A stretch of 64,000 nucleotides of DNA from Minutocellus sp. GHC0000111 (lineage: Eukaryota): positions 558,001 to 622,000 of the forward strand of contig OZ361261.1 of NCBI GenBank assembly GCA_977018835.1. The letters are read 5' to 3'. Below, piece after piece: positions 45,384 through 56,511 of the stretch; positions within the stretch are counted from its first letter, which is position 1, and the number at the start of each line of letters is the position of its first letter. The notes beneath the pieces are model-generated. The model did not search any database, had not been told where the DNA came from, and worked only from the letters and a program-made list of their open reading frames with translations. A program made the position numbers and the translations under genes.

Positions 45384-46684
45384 ATGGCGCAAGGTCCCGA
45401 CGTGGTACCCGGGGCCAATCGGCCGCCGGACCTGGCCCTACGGCAGCAAAGGCTCAAGGCATGGACGCCTATTCTGGACCCAACATGGGTGATCGCGGCA
45501 CTGCTAATTATCGCCGCAATTTTTATTCCAGTTGGTAAGTCGAAGGCAGATACCGGCCCGAGAGGCAAGAAGCTGTCTTATCCCTGCTGTTGCAATCCCA
45601 GCGGCGTCTCTTATTTATTTGGTGTATAGATGCTCACTTACCTCTCACCATGTCTCTGCCATTGCTCTGCGCACCACACAAAGCCTTCAAGCTCAATGCC
45701 ATGTCCAATGAAATTGTTGAAATTCGACAACAGTATGACGCCTATGACGACCCCGCACCGCTGTGCGGCATCAACACCACGGCCAATGCAGGCCGACGGT
45801 GCACGCTGGAACTCACGGTACCCCGCGACATGGACCCACCCGTCCTAGTGCACTACGAAATCAGTGGCTTCTATCAGAATCAAAGACGATACGTCAATAG
45901 TCGGGATGATGCCCAGCTTCTAGGTGCCACGACGCAGACGCAATTGGCTTTGGACAACTGCAGACCCCTCGCCACCCTGAGCAACGAAACAACGACGGTT
46001 ACCTTGAACCCTTGCGGACTTGTGGCCAATACATTGTTCAATGATGTGTTTACGCTAGCGGCCAATCCCGCCTCGACAGCAGTAGATGCCGATGGCGTCC
46101 CGCTGGCCATGATCGAAGAAGGAATAGCGTGGCAAAGCGATTTAGAGTTCAAATTCCGACAGCCCGACGGATTCCGGCACGAGAAATGTGGATCGTGTGG
46201 CGATGCCAATTGTACCTGCGCTGGTGACGATTGGTCATGCGTCGAGCCATACCAAGATCAGGATGGAAATTGCTTTCTATATTACTATCCCAACGACGAC
46301 ACGACGCGATGCCTCTATGAAACCTACCCCATGGTCGTTAGTCCGTTGGATGGAGTAACCAACGAGCACTTTGTAGTTTGGATGAGGACTGCGGCGTTGC
46401 CCACATTCCGCAAACTATACGGATGGTTTGATCAGCGCATTGCTGCCGGGACAAAGCTGACATTCGAAGTTGAGGCCAACTGGGAGGTTGCCAGCTTTCG
46501 AGGGTCCAAGGCCCTGATCGTGTCCAACAACAATGCTTTTGGTGGCAAGAACGAAGCCCTTGGCCGTCACTTCCTCATCGTTGGTGTCATGTGTTTGGGA
46601 TTTGCCGCATTCTTTTGGCTCAAACATACCTTTAGACGGCGAAAATTGGCCGACAAGAACTATTTGCACTTCAAGGAGGAATGA
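45384..46684 (+). CDS. CDC50: CDC50/LEM3/ALIS flippase beta-subunit, exons 45384-45534 and 45684-46684
   Basis: Motifs QQRLKAWTPIL, FYQNQRRYVNSRD, PCGLVANTLFND, NEHFVVWMRTAALPTFRKLYG and GGKN; two TM helices. GT-AG intron at 45535-45683. Confidence 0.93.
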
Positions 46685-46901
46685 AAACAGTCCTTTGCTG
46701 GTGATTAAACATCACACAATATGCACTTTTCTACTCCTTAGAGACTAGATACATAATGTATGTAAAATCCGTGTTCACATTGCTACTACTTTTTTCTTTC
46801 TTCCTATTTACAGTTATAATTTGGACACACCCAACCCCGCGGATAGATACCCGCTGTAAATGAAGGCCCGGCAACCAGCTAGCTAAATCTCCAACGAGTC
46901 C

Positions 46902-48710
46902 CTAGTGAATAACATCCGCGAGAAAGTCCAAGATGTCGGTGCGCTGGATCGCTTCCTTGATATCCTCCTTTTGCAGGGTCCTGCGCTTGTTGTTCTCACT
47001 GTATGCCCATCCTCGCAGGGATAGCTCAAGGATGAACATTTCACATGCCTTGGCAAACAGGACCGGGGCCTCGGCACTGATCATTCTCACATCTTCGTCA
47101 CTCTTCATGATGCGCTTGATTCGGGCCAAAGGCAAGTCGTTATGATTCTTGAAATCTTCCTCGGTCTCTACCTTGGTCGTTCCCAGCTCGCGCATCTCGC
47201 GAAGTTGGTCGGTCCAAAAGCCCTGAAGCATGGCACCCAACTTGTTGAGAAATTCAGGAGACGTAGCCGAGCAAACAGGGCCCGAATCGTCATCGAGAGG
47301 GTCTCCCGACATGTCCATGGGAGTTGGCTGGTTCTGCGACAACGTGGCTGGCGTAGCACTGACGACGGGAATGTTGGACGCGTGAGACGCACCACCAGAC
47401 GCCGACGAAGCAGAAGCCGTGGCCGCTCCGGAAGTGGTGGGATTCGGCACTGTCGCTGGAGTGATACCGGCATATTCGGCAGCGGCATTCTGCTTCCGGA
47501 AGGTAGCGTAAAGATCAGCCATCTCAGTGGAAGCCTTGGCCTTCATTGCCTTCAGTTCCGAAGCGTGCTTGTCCAACAGCTTTTGCATCTCGGCCTCTCG
47601 TGCAGCCTTGAGCTCCTCCGTCGGTGCGGAGGCCAAGTTTTGAGACTGATACTGCGACTTGAGAGAGGAAAGCTCTGTGGATTGTCGCTTGGCCATTGCG
47701 TCTTCGGCAGCGCTATGTTTAGCCGACAATTGGTTCTGCTGAGTTAGCTGTGCTGGAGTGAGGGACGAAAGAATAGACCCAGCAGCACTCGACGAAGCAC
47801 TGGGGACTGGGCCTGGTTTTGCTGCGGACCTGCTGGTGGCCAAAGCAGGCTGCTTAGTCACGGGAGATGGCTTACCTGCAGTAGCAGATTTGGCTGTGCG
47901 AGCAGGCGAAGAAGGTCCCTTGGCAGGAGAAGGTGGGGCAGCCGCCTTGGCAGCAGCCGCTGCTGAATCTCCAGGGCCCTTTTTAGGTGTATCGCCGCCC
48001 TTGTAAATGCCAGCAGCAATTTGTGCTTGCGTATGAGCGTGAACAAGGGCTTGGGCTTGAAGCTGAATTTGATTTTGGATCTGCGCCTCCGTAGGCTTGG
48101 CATTCTTCCCAGAATTGCCACCAGCAATCAGAGCTGTGGAAGGACGAGCATTAACAATGGCCTGGGCCTGGATTTGCGATAGGGCTTGAATTTGTGCGGA
48201 ATTCATTGGAACCTGAAATAAAGGACAGAGTGCATACGAGAAAGCATATCTATTAGACACGAGAACAGGATCATCTCCTTGACGACGCGATACATCTTCG
48301 CCTCGAACTCTTGCAAATCCCAAGTGACCACAAAGCAACAAAGGCATCAACAAAAGCGAGTCAACGAGTCTCACCAAACCATCGCCCCTCGACTTGGCCG
48401 CCGCCACGACAGCCTGGGCTTGTGCCGCCGCCTGTACCATGGCTTGTGCCTGACGCTGAATCTGCTCGGGCGATATGTCCGCCTGCTGTCCCCGGGCCGC
48501 AGCGGCCTTGAGCTGCTGCTGGAGTTGTTGCTGAATCTGCTGCTGCAGGGCCGCCTGCGCCGGCCCACCTCCCTTGGTGGCACTGGCAGCCGCCGTCGAG
48601 CTCGACGCCGACGCAGCCGCTGCTGCCGCGGCGGCGGGAGGTTTGGGCGCACTGCCGTCCTCACCGGCTGATGCCACTGGGTTGGGAACTGGAGGCTTTT
48701 GGTCGCTCAT
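46902..48710 (-). CDS. NFYC: Nuclear transcription factor Y subunit C (histone fold) with long Q/A-rich N-terminus; probable intron 48374-48213
   Basis: [68 protein letters not shown] 162-nt GT-AG segment interrupts the Q/A-rich composition. Confidence 0.92.
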   Translation of the reverse strand: MSDQKPPVPNPVASAGEDGSAPKPPAAAAAAAASASSSTAAASATKGGGPAQAALQQQIQQQLQQQLKAAAARGQQADISPEQIQRQAQAMVQAAAQAQAVVAAAKSRGDGLVRLVDSLLLMPLLLCGHLGFARVRGEDVSRRQGDDPVLVSNRYAFSYALCPLFQVPMNSAQIQALSQIQAQAIVNARPSTALIAGGNSGKNAKPTEAQIQNQIQLQAQALVHAHTQAQIAAGIYKGGDTPKKGPGDSAAAAAKAAAPPSPAKGPSSPARTAKSATAGKPSPVTKQPALATSRSAAKPGPVPSASSSAAGSILSSLTPAQLTQQNQLSAKHSAAEDAMAKRQSTELSSLKSQYQSQNLASAPTEELKAAREAEMQKLLDKHASELKAMKAKASTEMADLYATFRKQNAAAEYAGITPATVPNPTTSGAATASASSASGGASHASNIPVVSATPATLSQNQPTPMDMSGDPLDDDSGPVCSATSPEFLNKLGAMLQGFWTDQLREMRELGTTKVETEEDFKNHNDLPLARIKRIMKSDEDVRMISAEAPVLFAKACEMFILELSLRGWAYSENNKRRTLQKEDIKEAIQRTDILDFLADVIH

Positions 48711-49191
48711 TTTCTAGAAAGAACGAAGGATGTGCTGGATGATATGGGGAGAATACAGACGTTTCTCACTCGAGATGTGTCGGTGTATGGAATATCTCGA
48801 ATAGAAGCAACAACGAATGGATGGGCGAATGAGAATATGATGCAATCAATTGCCCGCGCAGAGCCCGCAGTACCCAGATGCCCAGATCGAAGCTCCACGT
48901 GTAGGCAGCAAGGGAGGTCAGCCAAGCGTTTGCTGTGACGGTTGGTGGACAGACCGAATCAGACTGGATGGAGGCAGAAAATGCCTCCCTGTCTCTCTGT
49001 AGCCACTGTTGACTGCACACATATCTTCAGTACAGAGGACTACTCTTCTAACGCACCGATTGATAGACTACCTTCCTACATGTACATGTACGAAATCATT
49101 ACATGCAGGAATTCCTATAGTATCACATGAAGAATAATTCCTTGTCTTCGGGCACGCACCCCAAGTGCTGAAGGACGGACGGATGATTTTT

Positions 49192-52100
49192 TTATCGTTT
49201 AATCGAAATGTCATCACCACTATTACCTCCTTCTTCATCGGCGTCCCAAGCCCTTTCTTCGTTCTCAACGTCCCCGGTTGAGAAAGCGATTAACATAGCC
49301 TCATACTTTTCCTCCAGAGTAGCCGTATCTAGATCTATATCAAAGTCTGCAGACGCAAAGAACGCTCGTTCCAACTGAGCGATACTGGTACGGTCCTGCT
49401 TGCTGGCATTAGTTGATTCGACGACAGCCCGCCCAACTCCCCCCAAACGACGAGAATTCTTCTTGCTGGATTTTTGGTCCTATGCCGTCTCCATCGATTT
49501 CGTGTGAGTGTAATGGGAAAAGTTATTGTGGACGATTTGCTCTTCGATGATTTGCTCTTGGACTTGGTTGTGCTTTTGGTAGAACTGCTTTTGGTCGAGC
49601 ACTCACAGTCACATTGGGGGGTTGGACTCGATGAAGGAGCCGCAGAGGGCGAATCGTCGTCGTTTCTTGGTGGGATTTCCTTTGGCCGACAGACCCCGTC
49701 ATCCGCCCTGTCTAGTGGTGGTGTAACTACCGTTGTATCGTCACCATCATCTCTATGCCTCCTCACTCGACGAAGCATGCGCGTGGTAGAGGTAATGTTT
49801 CCAGTGACCCACTCGCAGTAATTCAGCGAAGTACAATTGCTTTCGTCCGATATATCTACACAAGCAATCACAGTAGGCATATCTGAAGGCACACCGCTTG
49901 GCATGGGGCTAATCGTAGCTTCAGTCGTCGGTCCTCCAGATGGCTCTGCTGATGGAGCCGTCGATGGGGCACATTCAAGATCTGCGGCCTGATCATAGAG
50001 TGTGCTGGCCTCTGAAGAAAGCCTGTCTGCCTCGGCGACTAAGAAGGCATGATTCTCGCCACAGTCGGATGGTGCCGCAGAAGATGTGGGAGAATTACTT
50101 GGCATCATGGACAGCGATGGCATCTGACAAATTGAGGGCAAGTTCGATGGCATACCGCTCGGTTCCACCGAAGGCTGAGAACTCGGTCCGGATGAAGGCA
50201 AATCGCTGGGCTCAAAACTCAAACTTGGAGCAGCAGATTGGGAAGGACTCGTGCTGGGCATGGTTGATATCGAAGGAGCCATACTGACTGAAGGCATGGC
50301 CGACGGCCAAGGCTGTGGCTCGACATCTGACACGGTGCCTCCTATTCTTGCTGCCAATGCATCGGAATTGAGTAGATCTTCGTACGAAGCACTGATATTC
50401 TGAGATGTCTCATCGCTGGCTCCCTCAATAACAATGTTTGTGCTAATTGAGTCAACGGTATATGTCGTCACATTTGTGGCATTGGTATCGTTGGTCCCAG
50501 CAAGACGCCGTCTCGTTCCGGAGTCGACCGGCATCACTTCCGCCGATGAGCAGCAACTCACAACCTTGGTATCATTTAGTTTTTCCTTAATCTCATCGCA
50601 GATATCATCTGCAAAGGCCTGAGCAGTAAAGTTGGTGCCACTCGGAACGACAACGATGGCACCGTAAGGACCAGAATTGAATTCTGAGTAGTCAACCGTT
50701 GGAAAATTGTCATCGCTCCTACACCCGACTGCGCTAGGAACTGCCGATGGAACGGCTGATATCGACGGAGACATGCTTGGAAAGCCTGAAGGTATGCTGG
50801 ACGGCTCAAAACTAATCGACGGAGCAGAACTCGGTGCTTCCGAATCCTCCGTAGGGGCCGAGCTTGTCGACGGGGCAGAGCTCGTCGAGGGAACCAAGCT
50901 TGGCACTTCAGATTCAGCCGTAGGGACTGAGCTAATCGACGGGGCGGGGCTTGTCGAGGGAGCCGAGCTTGTCGATGGAACTAAGCTTGGTGCTTCTGAG
51001 TCCTCCGTAGAGCCGAGCTTGTCGATGGTCCGGCACTGGGGGCGCCTGAAGGCGCAACACTCGGTAGAGACGATGGATTCGCCGAGACAGACGGTGAAAT
51101 TGACGGAGAAGTGCTTGGTAGTAGGGAGGGTAACGTCGAGGGAGACTGGCTTGGCATTGTACTTTGACTCGGTTGAGACGACGTGGTCGGTATAGCTGAT
51201 GGTGCTTCCGACAAAACCGATGGTTTCGACGACACTGAGGGCGTCCCCGATGGGTGCATCGACGTAGAAGGTGCCGACGACGGTGCACCGCTTGGTAGAA
51301 GGGAAGGCAAGGCAGATGGTGTCTGGCTTGGCATTGCACTTTGACTGGGTCGCGATGATGCAGTCGGTATAGCCGACGGTGCAGCTGACAAAATCGATGG
51401 TTTCGTCGACACCGTGGGCAACGTCGATGGATTCATCGAGACAGATGGCAAAATCGACGGAGCACCGCTCGGTAGCAGGGAGGGCAACGTCGAAGGAGAC
51501 TGGCTTGGCATTGCACTCTCACTCGGTTGCGATGATGGCGAGCTGCTAGGCAAACTAGACGGAATGTTGCTCGGCATAATCGAGGGCGCCTGACTCGGCA
51601 TGATCGAGGGCGGCTGGCTGGGTCCAATACTCCTACTTGGAATTGCACTCTTACTCGGTTGCGACGACGGTGAATTGCTAGGCAAGCTAGAAGGTGCCTG
51701 GCTTGGCAACGTAGAGGGCACCTGACTTGGCATAATCGAGGGTGACTGGCTCGGTCCGATACTCCTACTTGGAATTGCACTCTTACTCGGTTGCGACGAC
51801 GGTGAACTGCTAGGCAAGCTAGAAGGTGCCTGGCTTGGCAAAATAGAAGGAGCTTGACTTGGCATAATCGAGGGCGACTGGCTCGGCATCGCGGATGTAG
51901 AGGGCTGAGAGCTTGGTCCACTCGATGGTATGGAGCTGGGAACGCCGGACGGAGTACTGCTCGGAGTCAGACTTTGGCTTGGATTCGATGATGGAACTCC
52001 ACTTGGCGCCGACGATGGAATCTGTGATGGACCGGCGCTAGGTTGAGAACTCGGCATCGATGATGGTCCGGCGCTTGGTTCGCTGCTTCTACTGGGCATG

Positions 52101-52798
52101 GCGGATGGTAACACACTCGGCGACGTTGATGGCACGTTCGAGGGCTCCTGACTTGGCTTTGTCGACGGAATATTCGAAGGCACCTGGCTCGGCATCGTCG
52201 ATAGAGAAGGTTGAGAACTCGGCATTTTGCTTGGTATTGTACTGGGCTCCTCCGACGGGATGCTGCTCGGTGCCAACGACGGGCGGTCGCTCGGTGGTTC
52301 TGTAGGAGGATGATCACTCAGCTTTCGCTTGATTACTTCAGGTAGATTCCTCGTCATCACAGATGCTTGATGATACGTACCATAACCTTCATCCCCTTGA
52401 TTTTTCGTGGATACAATCTGGGACTGAGCTTTTACTTGCCCCTCAGCCTTGCTGTGCTCCTCGATATTATCAACAGCATCAGCTGCAAAATCGGGCTCTT
52501 CTATTGCTTCCTCTTCAGGCAACGCCCACGTGCTTGAAGATGCAGCATCGATACGTCTTTCCTCATTCCCTTGATCAGAAACGTAGCCATAAAGACTGGC
52601 AAAACGCCTCTTGATGTCGGCGATGGAAAAGCCAACTTTACCGTATGGGGAACTGTCTTGGTTCTCATCGTCTTCGGTTTCGATGTTGTGTGGTACGGGT
52701 ACGGCCAGCACGCCATGTCTCGACGACGTTGATACGCATGCCGCGGTAAGGACTATCGCAAGGACGATACTTCTTCTGCAAAGGTATATTTGACGCAT
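49192..52798 (-). CDS. Large secreted Pro/Ser-repeat (PSxx) protein, about 1,200 aa; two apparent 1-nt frameshifts near 51010 and 49473
   Basis: Signal peptide, PSxxPS arrays, RKL/RRL motifs, Cys-containing islands and a KSKSSKSK patch. The unit STSSAPTEDSEAPS is broken by one missing C near 51010 compared with its sister copy near 50860. Confidence 0.75.
51148..51890 (-). repeat. Coding tandem repeats: about 177-bp (59-aa) units and 132-bp (44-aa) units
   Basis: GGCTTGGCATTG(C/T)ACT recurs at 51148, 51325 and 51502. GGTCC(A/G)ATACTCCTACTTGGAATTGCAC recurs at 51621 and 51753. Confidence 0.85.
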
Positions 52799-53667
52799 GG
52801 TAAAGAGTGAGCACCGGAGCAGCCCGCTGCAATCTCTTGCCGCCTACCCCGCTTTTGTTGATACAAATTCTGTGCAGAAAGGCGCGTGCGTGGAAGATAT
52901 GTGTTGTGTGAGGTTGAGGAATCAGAGACGAAATGTCACAGCGAAGCCTCGTTGATCAACTTACCTGCAACCCCTTATTATTCGCGGTCGGTGTTGACTT
53001 TTTCAACCTTTGCAGCAAAAGCAGCAAGCCACAACGCTTCACACACAGCCAGCCAGAAATTTGATGGGACCAGCCCAGTCCACCCAAACAAACAGCTGCA
53101 AATTCGATGGCGCAAGTCCGACTCTGGCGAAATCGATCTCCACGGCAACCGCGCGTCCTCTCAATGATGCCTTGAGCCAATGCTTGGTCTCAATGGATGC
53201 AGGAGAGCGGAGAGATAGGGTGGATCCAACGCTCCACGCTCCGAAAGGTTTCGATTGAGAAAGGTTCGTGGCCATCAATCTTCCCAATCGAAAGTGAACC
53301 TTGAACTCAGACATCTTGGCTTGTTGGGCCACATGTTGTATCGAAATTTTAGGAGATTTTTCCTGTTCGGTGCAAGCCTGCCGAGCCTTTCGTGTGTCGC
53401 AAATGATTTTACTTGTTTAGCTGCGCTTGATTCGGCCCTTGGGCTGCGCGTTGGATTCATTCGATTCATTCTTGACAAATTGGACTACTTCAGTACAGGT
53501 TTCTGTACTTTATTTTACATCATGTGTTCCCTGCCCTCCACTCTTGCGGATACGGTGATACGGTGCTCGGATACGTGTACTAGCTAGTACTAGTAGTGAT
53601 AGGTCATTGAGGCGGTGGCTGGTGGATACACAGCAGCAGCAGTCAGCCCAACAAAACGCGGCCGGGC

Positions 53668-56250
53668 ATGTCGTACCTGCGTCCGACGGCGGCGAGCAGC
53701 GCGGCCCGTCCTCCAGCCGCTGGCGGTTCTGGTCTTGGTGCTTCCTCTCCCTCCCCCAACAGTCGCCGGCGGCCCCCTTCGCTCCGCACCTCTCTCTCCC
53801 CCGGCACCGGCGGCACCTCTCCGCCGTCTCGGTCCTCCCGACTATTCCGTCCATCTCCGTCGGCCACTCCCGTCGGTTATTCCAGCGCCAATGGTGGTGC
53901 CGGTGGTGGTAATTTTGGGTTCAGCAACAACGCTGCTACTACTACAACTGGTGGCAGCAGCATGGCGGCTACCACCGCCGCTGCCAACGTGGACGACAAG
54001 CCGGTGGTGGACCTTATCGACGCCATCTCGGCATTGTCGGCGGAATCCTGGCAGGCTCGAAGTCTGGCGCTGGAAAAGCTGGTCAATCACGTGCCGGCAT
54101 CGGATACCGAGGAGGGCGGGGATAGTACTTCTAGAAGTAGTAGCTGCGGCTACAACCCTCCCGACGGCATGGTGCCCTTCTACCTCAGCCCCACAACTCT
54201 TCGCCGGCTGGCCAGTCCGATTGGCAATCTGCTGACCGATCCGCGGAGTTCGGTCGTCAAGCATGCGTGTCATCACCTCACGTTGCTGGTGGAACGGACT
54301 GGTGCGGCACCGTCGACATCGTCGTCCTCTGCTACTGCTACCAGTGGTTTCCGACCGGACCGCGCCCGTCATTTGTTGCGCGATCTCCTCCCGACCATCC
54401 TCACCCTGCACGCGCAGACCGTCAACGTCATCCGGGGATACGCCACGACGATGATGCTCACCATCATCCCGCTGTGCAGGTTCAAATCGGGACTGCCGAC
54501 CCTCCTCGACGCCCTCCGGAAGAACAAGTCGCGGGATGTGCGGGAGGCCTGTGCCAGATACCTGCGCGCCGTCCTGGAGGTATGGAGCGGCACCACGGCG
54601 CAGAATTCCGTCGGGGAACGGACGGCCTACCTGACCCGGGACGTGGTGACGCACATTGGCAATGACCTGGCCAAGGCACTGATGGATCCCAGCCAATGCG
54701 TTCGGATGGAGGCACGAACGGGATTCGAAACGTTCCGGACGTACTACCCCGAGGTTTGGCGCAACATCGTCCACAGGGACGGTGGGCCGCTGAGCAAGGA
54801 CTTTCGGTTGAAGAAGTCGATCATCAATGCTGCCGTTAGGGCCGACGCGGAGCGGGCTGTCGGAGAGGGACCAAACGCCACTGGTGGTGGGGCTGGATAT
54901 GCCTTTGGAGATAACGACGATGATCGATCGGTCGACTCTTCCTTTTCGTATCAGAGCGGCGCATCTGGGATTTACCACAATGCCTATTCCAAAACGACCA
55001 ACATCACGGGAGGCATGTCTTCTTCCCTTTCGTCGAGAGCAGGGAAGAAACCCACGGCGCCTCGTGCTGCGGCCGTGGGCAAGAGTAAGTCCAGAATCCC
55101 AGCCCCGTCTCCTCGTCGCCGGCCCGTGGTGCCACTTCCTTCCAATCCTCTGCCAAGGACTCCGCCAAAGACAACAAGGGGAGGAGTCGGTGCCAGCAAG
55201 GGCCCCACCACCAATGCGTTTGCCAGTCTGATTGCCTCTCCAGCACCCACGACGGCCATGAGGAAAAGAAGAGACGATACTTTGGGTCGAAACCACAATG
55301 ACAAGGAGACATCGTCGTCTTCGTCCTCGCTACAGGAGCGTCTGGTCAATGATCGTGCCGCCACTTCGATTCAAGCCGCCTTTCGTGGTGTTGTCACAAG
55401 AAAGTCTATGCTCCCGCCCGAGGCATTTGTTGGAAACGATTTTGGTGATTTGGCTGGCTCTCCACCGACTTTGCCAGGAGTTACCAGTGCCCTCACGGAT
55501 GCCTCCGATTTAAGTCCACCGAGCAGCCCAAGTCCAGAAATAGACATGATTCACGCTGCCCGGGACAAGATTACTGGCAGTGGGAGAAAGAGCCTAATTG
55601 GCAATACAGCTCGAATGATGGCCAACAGGCGAAAGACCATCGGCGCAAAGGATTCTGGAGCCGTTTCTCCCTTGAATCCATCAACGCCGTCTGATGAGAT
55701 CCGCAAATCCTTCTCGAGTCCTATGCAGGGCGGGATGCAGGAAACGCCCCGTGCAGCCAAAAATGCCGAGAGATTGGGATGGAGAGATGAAAGCCCGGTG
55801 CAAGCTATTGCCTTTGATGGCGTCGCTGACGAAGCGATCGAGGCCCATAAGTCAAAGGCCAGAGATCGCAAATCATCCATTATGCTGCAAAAGCGCTTGC
55901 GACAGTCAAGCGTCGGACATGGTGGTGCCAAGTATTCTGAAAACAACGGAGGAGGAAATGGCGGGGCTCCGTTGTCACCATGCGTCGAACACGTGGATAT
56001 TGCTCGCGAGTTACTCGCTGTGCACAGGTCACACATCGATGGACTCATGGCAACGCTACGAATGGATATGGACATAATTAATAATTTTGAGGCCATCCTG
56101 CAAGATGAGCAAGGACCGACGGAGGAAGACGTATTGGAATATTTTGAGTCAATCCAGGCTTGCCTCGAGGAAAGATTCGACATGGGCAGGGAATTACACT
56201 CTGAACTAGACAAAATCAGCCGCGGAGATGATGACACCGGGTCCATATAA
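53668..56250 (+). CDS. CLASP-N/TOG-like HEAT-repeat protein with IQ motif and C-terminal helical domain
   Basis: Motifs SWQARSLALEKL, LLTDPRSSVVKHAC, KNKSRDVREAC and ALMDPSQCVRMEAR..F. IQ motif AATSIQAAFRGVVTRK. 860 aa, intronless. Confidence 0.8.
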   Translation: MSYLRPTAASSAARPPAAGGSGLGASSPSPNSRRRPPSLRTSLSPGTGGTSPPSRSSRLFRPSPSATPVGYSSANGGAGGGNFGFSNNAATTTTGGSSMAATTAAANVDDKPVVDLIDAISALSAESWQARSLALEKLVNHVPASDTEEGGDSTSRSSSCGYNPPDGMVPFYLSPTTLRRLASPIGNLLTDPRSSVVKHACHHLTLLVERTGAAPSTSSSSATATSGFRPDRARHLLRDLLPTILTLHAQTVNVIRGYATTMMLTIIPLCRFKSGLPTLLDALRKNKSRDVREACARYLRAVLEVWSGTTAQNSVGERTAYLTRDVVTHIGNDLAKALMDPSQCVRMEARTGFETFRTYYPEVWRNIVHRDGGPLSKDFRLKKSIINAAVRADAERAVGEGPNATGGGAGYAFGDNDDDRSVDSSFSYQSGASGIYHNAYSKTTNITGGMSSSLSSRAGKKPTAPRAAAVGKSKSRIPAPSPRRRPVVPLPSNPLPRTPPKTTRGGVGASKGPTTNAFASLIASPAPTTAMRKRRDDTLGRNHNDKETSSSSSSLQERLVNDRAATSIQAAFRGVVTRKSMLPPEAFVGNDFGDLAGSPPTLPGVTSALTDASDLSPPSSPSPEIDMIHAARDKITGSGRKSLIGNTARMMANRRKTIGAKDSGAVSPLNPSTPSDEIRKSFSSPMQGGMQETPRAAKNAERLGWRDESPVQAIAFDGVADEAIEAHKSKARDRKSSIMLQKRLRQSSVGHGGAKYSENNGGGNGGAPLSPCVEHVDIARELLAVHRSHIDGLMATLRMDMDIINNFEAILQDEQGPTEEDVLEYFESIQACLEERFDMGRELHSELDKISRGDDDTGSI

Positions 56251-56511
56251 ACAACAGAACAGAGCAGCAATGCATCAACAAAAGGGTCTTGGGATTCATA
56301 CCAGTTCTGTGCTTTTCATGTGTCATCTCTTCAACTTGCCGGCTTGCAGGCCTCTTGTCTCTTTCCCAGCTTGCAAGCTAGTTGCATAATATTAAAACAT
56401 TTCGGGTTCATAAAATAATCAAAACCCAAAACCGGATTTTTAGCTAGAGACCATATACAAAACACGTACATATCTATATTCTATTTTTATCCGCTGCTTA
56501 TTGTAGAGCGA

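Noticed and set aside
32836..48374. Stop-free 3n segments (32836-32955, 34254-34367, 48213-48374) as protein insertions
   Set aside because: They have GT-AG ends and pyrimidine-rich 3' parts, and removing 34254-34367 restores the conserved ENYARELMQLF motif. They are treated as ordinary introns.
50800..52300. CRISPR-like spaced repeats
   Set aside because: The repeats are codon-phased units of a Pro/Ser-rich protein in a eukaryotic context; no cas genes are present.
52900..53500. Short ORFs between the Pro/Ser gene and the CLASP-N gene
   Set aside because: No family signal and no consistent exon structure that I can support.
53842..55296. 484-aa antisense ORF (and similar shadow ORFs such as 16414-17076 and 2248-2853)
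   Set aside because: These are antisense shadows of GC-rich real genes with no recognisable motifs.
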